Both the position numbers and the translations under genes were made by a program. A DNA stretch of 32,000 nt from Oscillospiraceae bacterium (GTDB lineage Bacteria > Bacillota > Clostridia > Oscillospirales > Ruminococcaceae), in NCBI GenBank assembly GCA_036373775.1, contig JAZAUD010000018.1, positions 16,999 to 48,998 on the forward strand, given 5' to 3'. The notes under the pieces were generated by a model that was not told where the DNA came from, ran no database searches, and saw only the letters and a list, made by a program, of their open reading frames with translations. Shown here in pieces: positions 1 to 7,844 of the stretch (its first letter is position 1; the number at the start of each line of letters is the position of its first letter).

Positions 1-31
1 AAGAAAAATAAAAAAGACTGATTTACTTTTT

Positions 32-57
32 GCCCTCTCCATTGTGTGGGGGCTTTT
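32..57 (+). terminator. weak hairpin plus short T-run; possible terminator of an off-window upstream gene
   Basis: GCCCTC (32-37) pairs with GGGGGC (48-53), including one G-U pair, followed by TTTT at 54-57. Short stem, 10-nt loop. Confidence 0.3.
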
Positions 58-78
58 GATTGAAAGGAGATTGCAAAC

Positions 79-735
79 ATGAAAACAAGATTATTTGCTG
101 GAATTTTGGCATTTTCTGCCTTTACTGGTTTATTGACTGGATGTGGCAACACTGCGAATACTTCTTCCGCTACGGAAAATGTGGCAGAAAATAGCGCAGA
201 TTCTGCTGTTGGTAATACCTTCATTATTACCCTTTACCCTGAACAAGCTCCCATTACCTGCGAAAATTTCGAAAAGCTTGTGAATGATGGCTTCTATAAT
301 GGAATCGGTTTCCACCGTGTTGTGGAGAAATTCATGGCACAGGGTGGCGACCCAATGGGAACAGGTACAGGCGGAAGCGGTACTAATATCAAGGGTGAAT
401 TCGAAGCTAATGGCGTTCATAATACCCTTTCTCACAAAAGAGGTATTGTTTCTATGGCTCGTTCCCAAATGTTTGACAGTGCATCCAGTCAATTTTTTAT
501 TTGTTATGATGACAGCTGTTCTTTCCTTGATGGGAATTATGCCGCTTTTGGTGAAGTCACCGAAGGAATGGAAGTTGTTGACAATTTCCTGAAAGTCGAA
601 CGCTCCTATAATGCCAGCGGAGAATTGGCGACTCCTAATACTCCCATTACCATGGAAAATGTTGTCATGATTGACGACGACGAAAATGGAAACCCTCGTG
701 TACAAATTACCATGAACGATTTCCTCAATCCATAA
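79..735 (+). CDS. cyclophilin-type peptidyl-prolyl cis-trans isomerase, lipoprotein
   Basis: 218-aa ORF with GGAG RBS 8 nt upstream. N-terminal signal with lipobox LLTGC. Cyclophilin motifs FHRVVEKFMAQGGDP and SQFFI. Confidence 0.93.
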   Translation: MKTRLFAGILAFSAFTGLLTGCGNTANTSSATENVAENSADSAVGNTFIITLYPEQAPITCENFEKLVNDGFYNGIGFHRVVEKFMAQGGDPMGTGTGGSGTNIKGEFEANGVHNTLSHKRGIVSMARSQMFDSASSQFFICYDDSCSFLDGNYAAFGEVTEGMEVVDNFLKVERSYNASGELATPNTPITMENVVMIDDDENGNPRVQITMNDFLNP

Positions 736-737
736 AT

Positions 738-770
738 CAAAAAGCCCTCCATTTCGGGAGGGCTTTTCTG
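738..770. terminator. bidirectional intrinsic terminator between convergent genes
   Basis: AAAAAGCCCTCC-atttcg-GGAGGGCTTTTCTG: 8-bp GC-rich stem flanked by an A-run and a T-run. Confidence 0.8.
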
Positions 771-771
771 T

Positions 772-1113
772 TTAGAAGTTTCCGCCGTTCCAACCCCAAT
801 CGGGTGTACCGGAATAGCTGACATAAATTCGATTTGTCGGAATATTCAGCGCATCATTTAAAATACCACTGATTTGTCCAGTCAATTTGTCATAGGCAGA
901 GGATGAACCATTTCCGTAAACGCTTACAGAAACCATTGCTGCTGGCGCATCTGTTCCCTGAAAATAGAGAACATATTCCGGCTCAATTCCTACCATGAGC
1001 CATGTTTCAGACTTTCCGGCAAGGGTTGTAATTGCCTTCCCTAATCCGGATTTGATAGCTTCCTGTTTTTCCTTTGGGACAGGCTGATTGGTTTTGATGT
1101 TAATAAATGGCAT
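772..1113 (-). CDS. MIF / tautomerase-superfamily protein (macrophage migration inhibitory factor-like)
   Basis: Starts MPFINIKTN, with Pro after the initiator Met as in tautomerases. Length (~113 aa) and the C-terminal RIYVSYSG..WGWNGGNF parallel eukaryotic MIF ([17 protein letters not shown]). GGAGGTG RBS sits 7 nt upstream of the ATG at 1113. The track ORF start at 1173 has no RBS. Confidence 0.8.
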   Translation of the reverse strand: MPFINIKTNQPVPKEKQEAIKSGLGKAITTLAGKSETWLMVGIEPEYVLYFQGTDAPAAMVSVSVYGNGSSSAYDKLTGQISGILNDALNIPTNRIYVSYSGTPDWGWNGGNF

Positions 1114-1182
1114 TAAAATGCACCTCCATTGTAATATGATTCTATTATAACATACTATTTCAGGGAATGTCAAGTATTTCTT

Positions 1183-2079
1183 TTACTCTTCTGCTTCTAT
1201 TTCGGTGGTTTCATCCTTGACAAGTCCAGCTTTTGACATGGAAATTGTCAAGCCGTCACTGACAGCGGTGATATATCCATCTTGACAAGTGATATAAGTA
1301 TCAATGTTTCGTTCAGAGAGTTCAGAAACGGTTACTTCGGAAAGATTCTCGTCATCTGTGGAGATAACACCAATTTCAGGGGTAACACTGTCAAGGAATT
1401 CGGGAAGATTGGCAATTTCTCTGCCATGGTAGGGGACTTTGAGCAGGTCGCAGTCTCCAAGGTTCATGATTTCGGTCAATCGTTCCTGCATTGCATCCCC
1501 TGTGAAAAGGAGAATGTTTCCGCCGTGGGTAACTTTGGTGACAAGAGAACAATTATTATCAAAACCGTCTTTGTAATCTTTGGCGATATGGGGATAGACG
1601 GTGAATTGTGCATCATCAAAAGTAAATTCCATGGTACTGGTGGGGGTGGTGAAAGAAAGGTCTTGTGTTGCCATTGCTTCCACAAGTTTGGTATATTCCT
1701 TGCTTTCCTCCGTATAATCGGCAGCAATGACCTGTGCAACATGGAAATTATTGAGGACTTTCGCTGCTCCTCCAATGTGGTCTTGGTCGTAGTGGGTGAG
1801 AATCATGCAGTCAATTTCTGTGATGCCTTTTTCGTTGAGGCAATCCACCATTTTAGAGCCGTCTGTTTTTTCTCCACAGTCAATAATAACTGCATGATTT
1901 TCAGTCTGTAATATCATGCCGTCTGCTTTTCCGACTTTGAGAAAAGTCACGGTCATAGGGGAAGCCGGAGTTTTTGCAACGGTTTCTGTGGTGACTTGTG
2001 AGGAAGTTTCACTGGAAGTGGAAGAACATCCACAAAGTAATAAAGTGAAAGCTGTTACAAGGGGAATCAGTCGTTTCAT
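1183..2079 (-). CDS. MBL-fold metallo-hydrolase lipoprotein (ComEC C-terminal-domain-like)
   Basis: 298 aa. Lipobox LLLCGCSS. HxHxDH-type motif THYDQDHIGG and VPYHG near the C-terminus. Confidence 0.85.
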   Translation of the reverse strand: MKRLIPLVTAFTLLLCGCSSTSSETSSQVTTETVAKTPASPMTVTFLKVGKADGMILQTENHAVIIDCGEKTDGSKMVDCLNEKGITEIDCMILTHYDQDHIGGAAKVLNNFHVAQVIAADYTEESKEYTKLVEAMATQDLSFTTPTSTMEFTFDDAQFTVYPHIAKDYKDGFDNNCSLVTKVTHGGNILLFTGDAMQERLTEIMNLGDCDLLKVPYHGREIANLPEFLDSVTPEIGVISTDDENLSEVTVSELSERNIDTYITCQDGYITAVSDGLTISMSKAGLVKDETTEIEAEE

Positions 2080-2244
2080 AAAGTTGTCAGTCCTTTCTGA
2101 TACACGGATACCCCACGGGGGGAATGTGGGGTATGTGCGAAATATCTTTTATTGAGAGGGGATTATCATTCTTTTGTTATCTTGTAACATATTGTAGCAT
2201 GAAAAGCTTAAATGTATCTTAAATTGGGGAGATATTTCAAAAAA

Positions 2245-4638
2245 TTATTCTCTGATATTTGCGCCGAGTTTGGTCAATGCCTTCAATACACGTTTCATAG
2301 CAGAATCAGCCTGTTCAGCTGTCATGGTTTCTTCTGCATTGCGCATGATAATGGAGAAAGAAACAGACTTTTTACCCTGAGCGATTTGTTCACCCTGATA
2401 TACGTCAAAGAGTTCAATCTTTTCAAGAGACTTTCCAACGGCTTCACTGATAGTCTTTTCAAGTTCGCCAACTGGGATAGTTTCATCACAAACAAGAGAA
2501 ATGTCACGGGTCATAGCTGGGAATTTCGGCAATGGCTTGTAAGTGATTTCGTTATTGGCAACAGCGAACAATTCCGGAATCTGGATTTTCGCAACGTATG
2601 CACGGACACCAATTCCGTAAGTTTTCAATACATTGGGGTGAATTTCGCCCATGATACCGAGGTAAGTTTCACCTGCATATACTTCTGCACTGCGATTGGG
2701 ATGGAATGCGTTCTTTTCGTCGGAATTTTCCGGACGGATATAATTTGGATTGGTAACACCGACTTTTTCAAGGATTGTTTCTACCATGCCTTTGAGCAGG
2801 AAGAAATCAGCATCACCGCCATACAAGCCGATTGTCAATACCTGCGGTTCAGTGGGGAGTTTGTCGGGTTCAGTCGGATGGTATTCTTTGGAAACTTCAT
2901 AAAGCCAAGCCTTCGGGTTGCGCTTGCTGTAGTTAGAAGCGAGAATATCCAGCATACTGGGGATAGTGGTGGTTCTCATGACGCTGGTATCTTCTCCGAG
3001 GGGATTTGTGATAGTAGTAGCGTTGCGGAGGGGGGAATTTTCTGGTAAATTGATTCTATCGAATGTTTTTGGGGAGGTGAAAGAATAGGTCAAAATGCCA
3101 TCACAGCCGACACTGACAGCGGTTTCTTCAATGGTACGAGTGAATTTCTGTTCAGGGGTCAATTGTGCCTTTGCAACGCCTATAATGACGGTAGAGGGTA
3201 AATTATTGTAGCCATAAATTCTGGCGACTTCTTCGGCAATGTCCGCCGGACGTGCTAAATCAATACGGAAAGAGGGTGCAATGCATTCGCCGTTTTCTAC
3301 CTTGATGTCAAGGCTTTCCAAATATTTCACCATGTCACTTTCTGGAATCTCAGCCCCAAGGAAAGCGTTAATCCATGCGGAATCAAATGGAATATGGTTA
3401 GGATTGGGATTAGAATAATTTTCGTCAATGGTTGTTCCGACTGGTTCACCTGCGCCAAGTTCCTGAACGAGTTGCAATGCCCTTGACAAAGTGATGGGCA
3501 TAGAGGTTTCGTCAAGTCCCTTTTCATAACGTGCGGAAGCATCTGTTCTCATGCCGAGTTTCTTTGCGGTTTGGCGAACCTGTACCGGCTCAAAGTAGGC
3601 ACTTTCGAAAACAACGTCAACGGTATCTTCCATGATTCCGGAATATTCTCCGCCCATGATTCCAGCGACTGCAATCGGCTTTTCAGCATCTGCGATAATC
3701 AGCATATTGTCATTGAGTTCACGTTCAATCCCGTCAAGGGTAGTAATCTTTTCGCCGTTCTGAGCGTTGCGGATACAAATTTTCCCATCCTTCACAAAAC
3801 GCAAATCAAATGCGTGCATAGGCTGACCATATTCCAGCATGACATAATTGGTAATATCTACCAGATTGTTGATAGGACGAACGCCGGACGCTCTCAATCT
3901 CTCACGCATCCAACGTGGAGATGGTGCAATTTTCACGTTTCTGACCAGTCCGGCACAATAACGAGTGCATTTTTCTTTGTTCTGGATTTCAACAGACAAC
4001 GTTTTTGTGATGTCTTCATCTGTACCAGTGAATTTGGGTTCATTGACAGTCAGCGGTACATTGAAAGTTGCTGATGCTTCTCTGGCAAGCCCGATAACGC
4101 TCAGACAGTCGGGGCGGTTGGATGTAATCTCAAATTCAACTGATACATCATCCACTCCCAATGCAGAGGCTACGTCCTGCCCTGCTTTGCAATCTTCTTG
4201 TAATACGAAAACGCTTTCAGGGTCGGCATAGGGAAAATCATTCTGTGTCAAGCCTAAAGTTTCCAGACCGCAGAACATCCCACGGCTTTCCACACCTCTG
4301 ACCTTTGCAGCCTTGATTTTCATGGACTGATTGCCCTCTGTCACCGTTGTTCCGATAGTGGCAACCGGTACGAAATCGCCTTCCTTGACGTTTTTCGCAT
4401 TGGTAACAATCTGTACAGGCTCTTCACCGCCCATATCCACACTACAAACAAAGAGTGCATCTGCATTCTCGTGTACTCGTTTGCTTAAAATTTTCCCGAC
4501 TACGAACCCTTCTAAGCGTTTTTTCTCTTCTTCAAATGCTTCTACCTTAGAACCGCTCATGGTCATAGCGGAACAGAATTCTTTTGGGGTTGTATCCAGC
4601 TTGACATAATCGCCAAGCCATCTCATAGATAAATTCAT
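2245..4638 (-). CDS. pheT: phenylalanine--tRNA ligase beta subunit
   Basis: 797 aa. N-terminal MRWLGDYV signature, tRNA-binding domain, B3/4 and B5 domains, C-terminal FDX-ACB-like region. AGGAGG RBS. Confidence 0.97.
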   Translation of the reverse strand: MNLSMRWLGDYVKLDTTPKEFCSAMTMSGSKVEAFEEEKKRLEGFVVGKILSKRVHENADALFVCSVDMGGEEPVQIVTNAKNVKEGDFVPVATIGTTVTEGNQSMKIKAAKVRGVESRGMFCGLETLGLTQNDFPYADPESVFVLQEDCKAGQDVASALGVDDVSVEFEITSNRPDCLSVIGLAREASATFNVPLTVNEPKFTGTDEDITKTLSVEIQNKEKCTRYCAGLVRNVKIAPSPRWMRERLRASGVRPINNLVDITNYVMLEYGQPMHAFDLRFVKDGKICIRNAQNGEKITTLDGIERELNDNMLIIADAEKPIAVAGIMGGEYSGIMEDTVDVVFESAYFEPVQVRQTAKKLGMRTDASARYEKGLDETSMPITLSRALQLVQELGAGEPVGTTIDENYSNPNPNHIPFDSAWINAFLGAEIPESDMVKYLESLDIKVENGECIAPSFRIDLARPADIAEEVARIYGYNNLPSTVIIGVAKAQLTPEQKFTRTIEETAVSVGCDGILTYSFTSPKTFDRINLPENSPLRNATTITNPLGEDTSVMRTTTIPSMLDILASNYSKRNPKAWLYEVSKEYHPTEPDKLPTEPQVLTIGLYGGDADFFLLKGMVETILEKVGVTNPNYIRPENSDEKNAFHPNRSAEVYAGETYLGIMGEIHPNVLKTYGIGVRAYVAKIQIPELFAVANNEITYKPLPKFPAMTRDISLVCDETIPVGELEKTISEAVGKSLEKIELFDVYQGEQIAQGKKSVSFSIIMRNAEETMTAEQADSAMKRVLKALTKLGANIRE

Positions 4639-4653
4639 TGATAAATAACCTCC

Positions 4654-5256
4654 TTAAATACCTTTTTGTTGGTGGAGCTTGTGAGCATACAGCTCCTTGA
4701 TAAAATCAGCATATTTTTCTTCAAAATCCTTTTGATAAGGAATGGCAATGCGAACTTTGTATTTTTGGTCTTGCTCTGTGGTAAATTCAACAATCATGTC
4801 ATAACCCAAAGGGACAAATTTATATCTGACAGGGGTTTTTGTCATGGAAATTTCACGATAATTTTCGAACGGAATCAAAAATTGACATTCTGGACTATAA
4901 ATGAAGTCTTTCAGCACATATAAACAGCCGTAACGCTTCGGGGTTTGTTTGACTTCCTCGTCAAGCTGTAAATAGGTGTTCAGGCTGATTTGGTGCAGTT
5001 CTGTGTACCTTTCTTTTCTTTTGCGGAGGTGCTGGGTTGCGCCTACTACGAAAATGACGGCTATTACTGCACCAATCAGCAGGGAAATGATGCCAAGTGC
5101 TGTGTTATGATTGCTGAAAGTGATGAATGCAAAAATAATGGCATCCACTACCAAAAAAAATACTATGAATGCCAGCATTCCCAACAATAACATTCCTACA
5201 GGACACAAAGAGCAATAGACTTTACTTTGTTGATATTCTTTGTTTGGTGTTTCCAT
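4654..5256 (-). CDS. hypothetical membrane protein (two N-terminal TM helices plus a ~110-aa cytoplasmic domain)
   Basis: 200-aa ORF with GAGGTGGG RBS, packed 15 nt upstream of pheT and 10 nt downstream of the nitroreductase gene. No recognisable family. Confidence 0.75.
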   Translation of the reverse strand: METPNKEYQQSKVYCSLCPVGMLLLGMLAFIVFFLVVDAIIFAFITFSNHNTALGIISLLIGAVIAVIFVVGATQHLRKRKERYTELHQISLNTYLQLDEEVKQTPKRYGCLYVLKDFIYSPECQFLIPFENYREISMTKTPVRYKFVPLGYDMIVEFTTEQDQKYKVRIAIPYQKDFEEKYADFIKELYAHKLHQQKGI

Positions 5257-5266
5257 TTCCCACCTC

Positions 5267-5809
5267 TCAAAGAATGGTCAAAATTTCGTCAAGTTCTTTC
5301 CGTTTGGGAGCGTTGGGAGATTCATCAGCGTAGCCAATGGCAATCAATGCCGAAATGCTTTGCCCTTCTGGGAGTGCAATCAATTCAGCAATTTTCGCTT
5401 CATCATAGATTCCCATAATCAGCGTTCCAAGCCCTTTATCATAAGCAGACAGGCAAACACTTTGGCAAGCGATTCCTGCATCAAATGACTGCCAATGTGA
5501 ACCCTTTGCCGTTGTGGGTATGCCGTCCTTTTCGTAGCCTGCGATTCCGTCAACTGTTGCAAGTACAATTAAGGCAGCTGCACTGCGGATATTATTCGCA
5601 TTTTTGGAAAAGTTCAGTGTACCTTCTTCTGCAATCTTGTCTTTCAATGCCTTGTCGAGAATGACATAATAGCGGACAGTCTGTGAATTCTTCCAAGTGG
5701 GGGAATATTTGGCAGTCTCAATAATTTCCTGAATTTGTTCCGCCGTGACAGGCTTATCCTGATATTTGCGGATACTTCTTCTTTCTGCGAGTGCTTTCAA
5801 AGTTTCCAT
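5267..5809 (-). CDS. nitroreductase-family FMN oxidoreductase
   Basis: 180 aa. N-terminal RRSIRKY motif and SPTWKNSQ typical of the NfnB/NfsA-like fold. AGGAGG RBS. Confidence 0.88.
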   Translation of the reverse strand: METLKALAERRSIRKYQDKPVTAEQIQEIIETAKYSPTWKNSQTVRYYVILDKALKDKIAEEGTLNFSKNANNIRSAAALIVLATVDGIAGYEKDGIPTTAKGSHWQSFDAGIACQSVCLSAYDKGLGTLIMGIYDEAKIAELIALPEGQSISALIAIGYADESPNAPKRKELDEILTIL

Positions 5810-5820
5810 GGTGTTCCTCC

Positions 5821-6843
5821 TTATCTGAACTGTTCCAAGAAACGAACGTCATTTTCAAATAACAAACGCATATCAGAAATCTGGTATCTTCTCATAACAA
5901 TTCTTTCCAGTCCCAAACCGAACGCAAAACCAGAATAGACACTGGAATCAATTCCACTGTTTTCCAACACCCAAGGATGCACCATTCCAGCACCCAATAA
6001 TTCAATATATCCCTCGTTCTTGCACATACGGCAACCAGCACCATGACAATTGAAGCACATCACGTCAACTTCTGCGGAAGGTTCTGTGAAGGGGAAATGA
6101 TGCGGACGGAGACGGATTTTACAATCATCTCCATACAATCTTTGCATGAGTAATTCCAATGTTCCCTTAAGGTCTGCCATGGTAATGCCCTTATCAATCA
6201 CAAGCCCTTCCACCTGATGGAATAAGGGGGAATGGGTTGCATCTACGGCATCAGAACGATACACACGTCCGGGGGAAATCACACGGATAGGCGGTTTCTG
6301 GGTCTCCATGACATGAACCTGTACAGAAGAGGTCTGTGTTCTCAGCAGAATATTATCTGTGATGTAGAACGTATCTTGTGTATCTCTTGCCGGATGGTCA
6401 GGGGGAAGATTCAAAGCTTCGAAATTATAGTAATCATATTCAACTTCTGGTCCGTCAGCAATGGAAAAGCCCATTCCTAAAAAGATTTCACGGATTTCAT
6501 TTTCCACGATTTTGAGCGGATGTAAATGCCCCATTTCGGGCTTTTTTGCCGGCATGGTAATATCAATTGTTTCGGCAGTCAAACGGGCATTTTGTGCGGC
6601 TTCCTGTAAAGCCTTTGTTTTTTCGGAAATCATGGTTTCCAGCTGTGAGCGTACCTGATTTGCGAGTTGTCCCATGGCTGGGCGTTCTTCTGCGGAAAGT
6701 TTGCCCATTTGTTTGAGAATGGCGGTTAATTCGCCTTTCTTGCCAAGCAGTTTTACACGGAGGTCATCCAGTGCTTTCAGGTCAGTGACAGCGGAAATGG
6801 ATTCCCTTGCACGTTCCTCAATGGATTTGAGTTGTTCTTTCAT
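5821..6843 (-). CDS. pheS: phenylalanine--tRNA ligase alpha subunit
   Basis: 340 aa. Coiled N-terminus, class II motifs (HPLxxV, FRxD-like [17 protein letters not shown]). Confidence 0.97.
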   Translation of the reverse strand: MKEQLKSIEERARESISAVTDLKALDDLRVKLLGKKGELTAILKQMGKLSAEERPAMGQLANQVRSQLETMISEKTKALQEAAQNARLTAETIDITMPAKKPEMGHLHPLKIVENEIREIFLGMGFSIADGPEVEYDYYNFEALNLPPDHPARDTQDTFYITDNILLRTQTSSVQVHVMETQKPPIRVISPGRVYRSDAVDATHSPLFHQVEGLVIDKGITMADLKGTLELLMQRLYGDDCKIRLRPHHFPFTEPSAEVDVMCFNCHGAGCRMCKNEGYIELLGAGMVHPWVLENSGIDSSVYSGFAFGLGLERIVMRRYQISDMRLLFENDVRFLEQFR

Positions 6844-7137
6844 AGTTTCACCTCATAAAATAATAAAATTTGATTTGTCAGCATCACTGCAACAAAAAAG
6901 CGACTCATCCCAAAGGGACAAGCCACACTTGTTCACCACCCATTTGGTTCAGAAGCCAACACTTCCTTTGCCTTTAATGCAGGCAATACATCACCACTTA
7001 CAATATTTGCATACTTCGGCAGTGCCACTCGTGAGTGAACTTCACAATTTCCGCCAAACAATGCACTTTCAGCAGATGTACATTTCTCTGTAGAATGGGA
7101 ATGGAAAAAGCTACTCTCTCAGTCAACATGTTATCTG
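6844..7137 (-). promoter_or_regulatory. T-box riboswitch leader, Phe-specific (UUC specifier)
   Basis: On the minus strand: AGAGAG box (7114-7120) and GAAG-UUC-A in the specifier-loop position (UUC = complement of 7037-7039). T-box-like AAAUGGGUGGUGAACAAGUG (6926-6945) sits immediately before the terminator, and pheS is downstream. Confidence 0.75.
6894..6924 (-). terminator. T-box leader attenuator (intrinsic terminator)
   Basis: Minus-strand RNA GGCUUGUCCC-UUUG-GGAUGAGUC followed by GCUUUUUUG. Its 5' arm overlaps the T-box sequence, allowing an alternative antiterminator. Confidence 0.75.
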
Positions 7138-7143
7138 TTTACT

Positions 7144-7172
7144 ATTATAACGCATTTCTACTGAAAAAGCAA
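7144..7172 (-). promoter_or_regulatory. sigma-A type promoter of the pheS T-box leader
   Basis: Minus strand TTGCTT, 17-nt spacer, TATAAT. Confidence 0.6.
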
Positions 7173-7202
7173 GTGTTTTTTTGAAAAAATTCTGAAAAGG
7201 TC

Positions 7203-7231
7203 TTGACAAATTCCATAAAATGTGATAGTAT
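7203..7231 (+). promoter_or_regulatory. promoter of candidate antitoxin sRNA, copy 1
   Basis: TTGACA (7203-7208), 17-nt spacer, TGa-TAGTAT extended -10 (7226-7231). Confidence 0.6.
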
Positions 7232-7237
7232 ATAAGT

Positions 7238-7327
7238 AACAGGGGCGCACCGTAAGCGGTTAGCTCCCATTTTGCTAGGTTTGAAAAAACCGTCCGGCTG
7301 TGGAAGAGCTACGGGCGGTTACTTTTT
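7238..7327 (+). ncRNA. candidate antitoxin sRNA, copy 1 (~90 nt, no ORF)
   Basis: Bounded by the promoter above and the intrinsic terminator AACCGTCCG...CGGGCGGTT plus ACTTTTT. Contains no ATG. Carries the anti-SD GCUCCCA (7263-7269). Its 3' ~45 nt are antisense to the 3' end of the convergent peptide mRNA. Confidence 0.55.
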
Positions 7328-7405
7328 GTTGTGACGATTGCAATATGCGCAATAAGCTGTATACAGACTGCTAATAGCAATCAGCATTTGGAAAAATCGT
7401 TCCAT
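7319..7405 (-). CDS. candidate type I toxin peptide, copy 1 (28 aa: MERFFQMLIAISSLYTAYCAYCNRHNKK)
   Basis: My own translation of the minus strand. Hydrophobic core with a basic NKK tail. GGGAG SD (complement of 7421-7425) is held in the hairpin GCUCCC-AGAU-GGGAG. A consensus promoter lies upstream. A paralog sits in copy 2. Confidence 0.5.
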   Translation of the reverse strand: MERFFQMLIAISSLYTAYCAYCNRHNKK

Positions 7406-7479
7406 GTCATATGTATATCACTCCCATCTGGGAGCAGGATTTAACCGCCTACCGTATTGGTGTACCCTTGTTAATATTG

Positions 7480-7508
7480 ATTATAGCATATTCTGACAAT
7501 TTTGTCAA
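7480..7508 (-). promoter_or_regulatory. promoter of candidate toxin mRNA, copy 1
   Basis: Minus strand TTGACA, 17-nt spacer, TATAAT with upstream TGc. Perfect consensus hexamers. Confidence 0.65.
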
Positions 7509-7528
7509 GAAAAAATTCTGGAAAGGTC

Positions 7529-7557
7529 TTGACAAATTCCATAAAATGTGATAGTAT
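7529..7557 (+). promoter_or_regulatory. promoter of candidate antitoxin sRNA, copy 2
   Basis: Identical to the copy 1 promoter: TTGACA, 17-nt spacer, TGa-TAGTAT. Confidence 0.6.
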
Positions 7558-7563
7558 ATAAGT

Positions 7564-7651
7564 AACAAGGGCGCACCGTAAGCGGTTAGCTCCCGTAAGT
7601 TTGAGTCAAAATGACCGCCCTTGGCTTGGAGACTATGGGCGGTTACTTTTT
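7564..7651 (+). ncRNA. candidate antitoxin sRNA, copy 2 (~88 nt, one ATG with no credible ORF)
   Basis: Same 5' 30 nt as copy 1, including the anti-SD GCUCCC (7589-7594). Divergent middle. Terminator ACCGCCC...GGGCGGT plus TACTTTTT. Confidence 0.55.
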
Positions 7652-7741
7652 GTTGTGATGGTTGTTACCATGAAATGCTGCATATACAAGAAGGACATTA
7701 CAAACTGCAATGACCATCTGGAAAAAATCGTTCCATGTCAT
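7643..7741 (-). CDS. candidate type I toxin peptide, copy 2 (32 aa: MTWNDFFQMVIAVCNVLLVYAAFHGNNHHNKK)
   Basis: My own translation. Shares FFQM[VL]IA...HNKK with copy 1. GGGAG SD sits 10 nt upstream of the ATG and is sequestered in the same hairpin. Confidence 0.5.
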   Translation of the reverse strand: MTWNDFFQMVIAVCNVLLVYAAFHGNNHHNKK

Positions 7742-7810
7742 ATGTGTACCACTCCCATCTGGGAGCAGGATTTAACTGCCTACCGTATTGGTGTACCCTT
7801 GTTAATATTG

Positions 7811-7839
7811 ATTATAGCATATTCTAACAATTTTGTCAA
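7811..7839 (-). promoter_or_regulatory. promoter of candidate toxin mRNA, copy 2
   Basis: Minus strand TTGACA, 17-nt spacer, TATAAT. Confidence 0.65.
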
Positions 7840-7844
7840 GAAAA

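Noticed and set aside
130-705. 191-aa minus-strand ORF and 102-aa plus-strand ORF inside the PPIase gene.
   Set aside because: They are alternative-frame or antisense shadows of a confidently identified cyclophilin.
2212-3048. 278-aa plus-strand ORF, and other plus-strand ORFs at 3571-4609.
   Set aside because: They are antisense shadows of pheT and have no independent signals.
7241-7270. GGGGCGCACCGTAAGCGGTTAGCTCCC looked superficially like a tRNA 5' half (acceptor plus D-arm).
   Set aside because: There is no T-arm (GGTTCGAATCC-like) or anticodon stem downstream, and the length to the terminator is incompatible with a cloverleaf.
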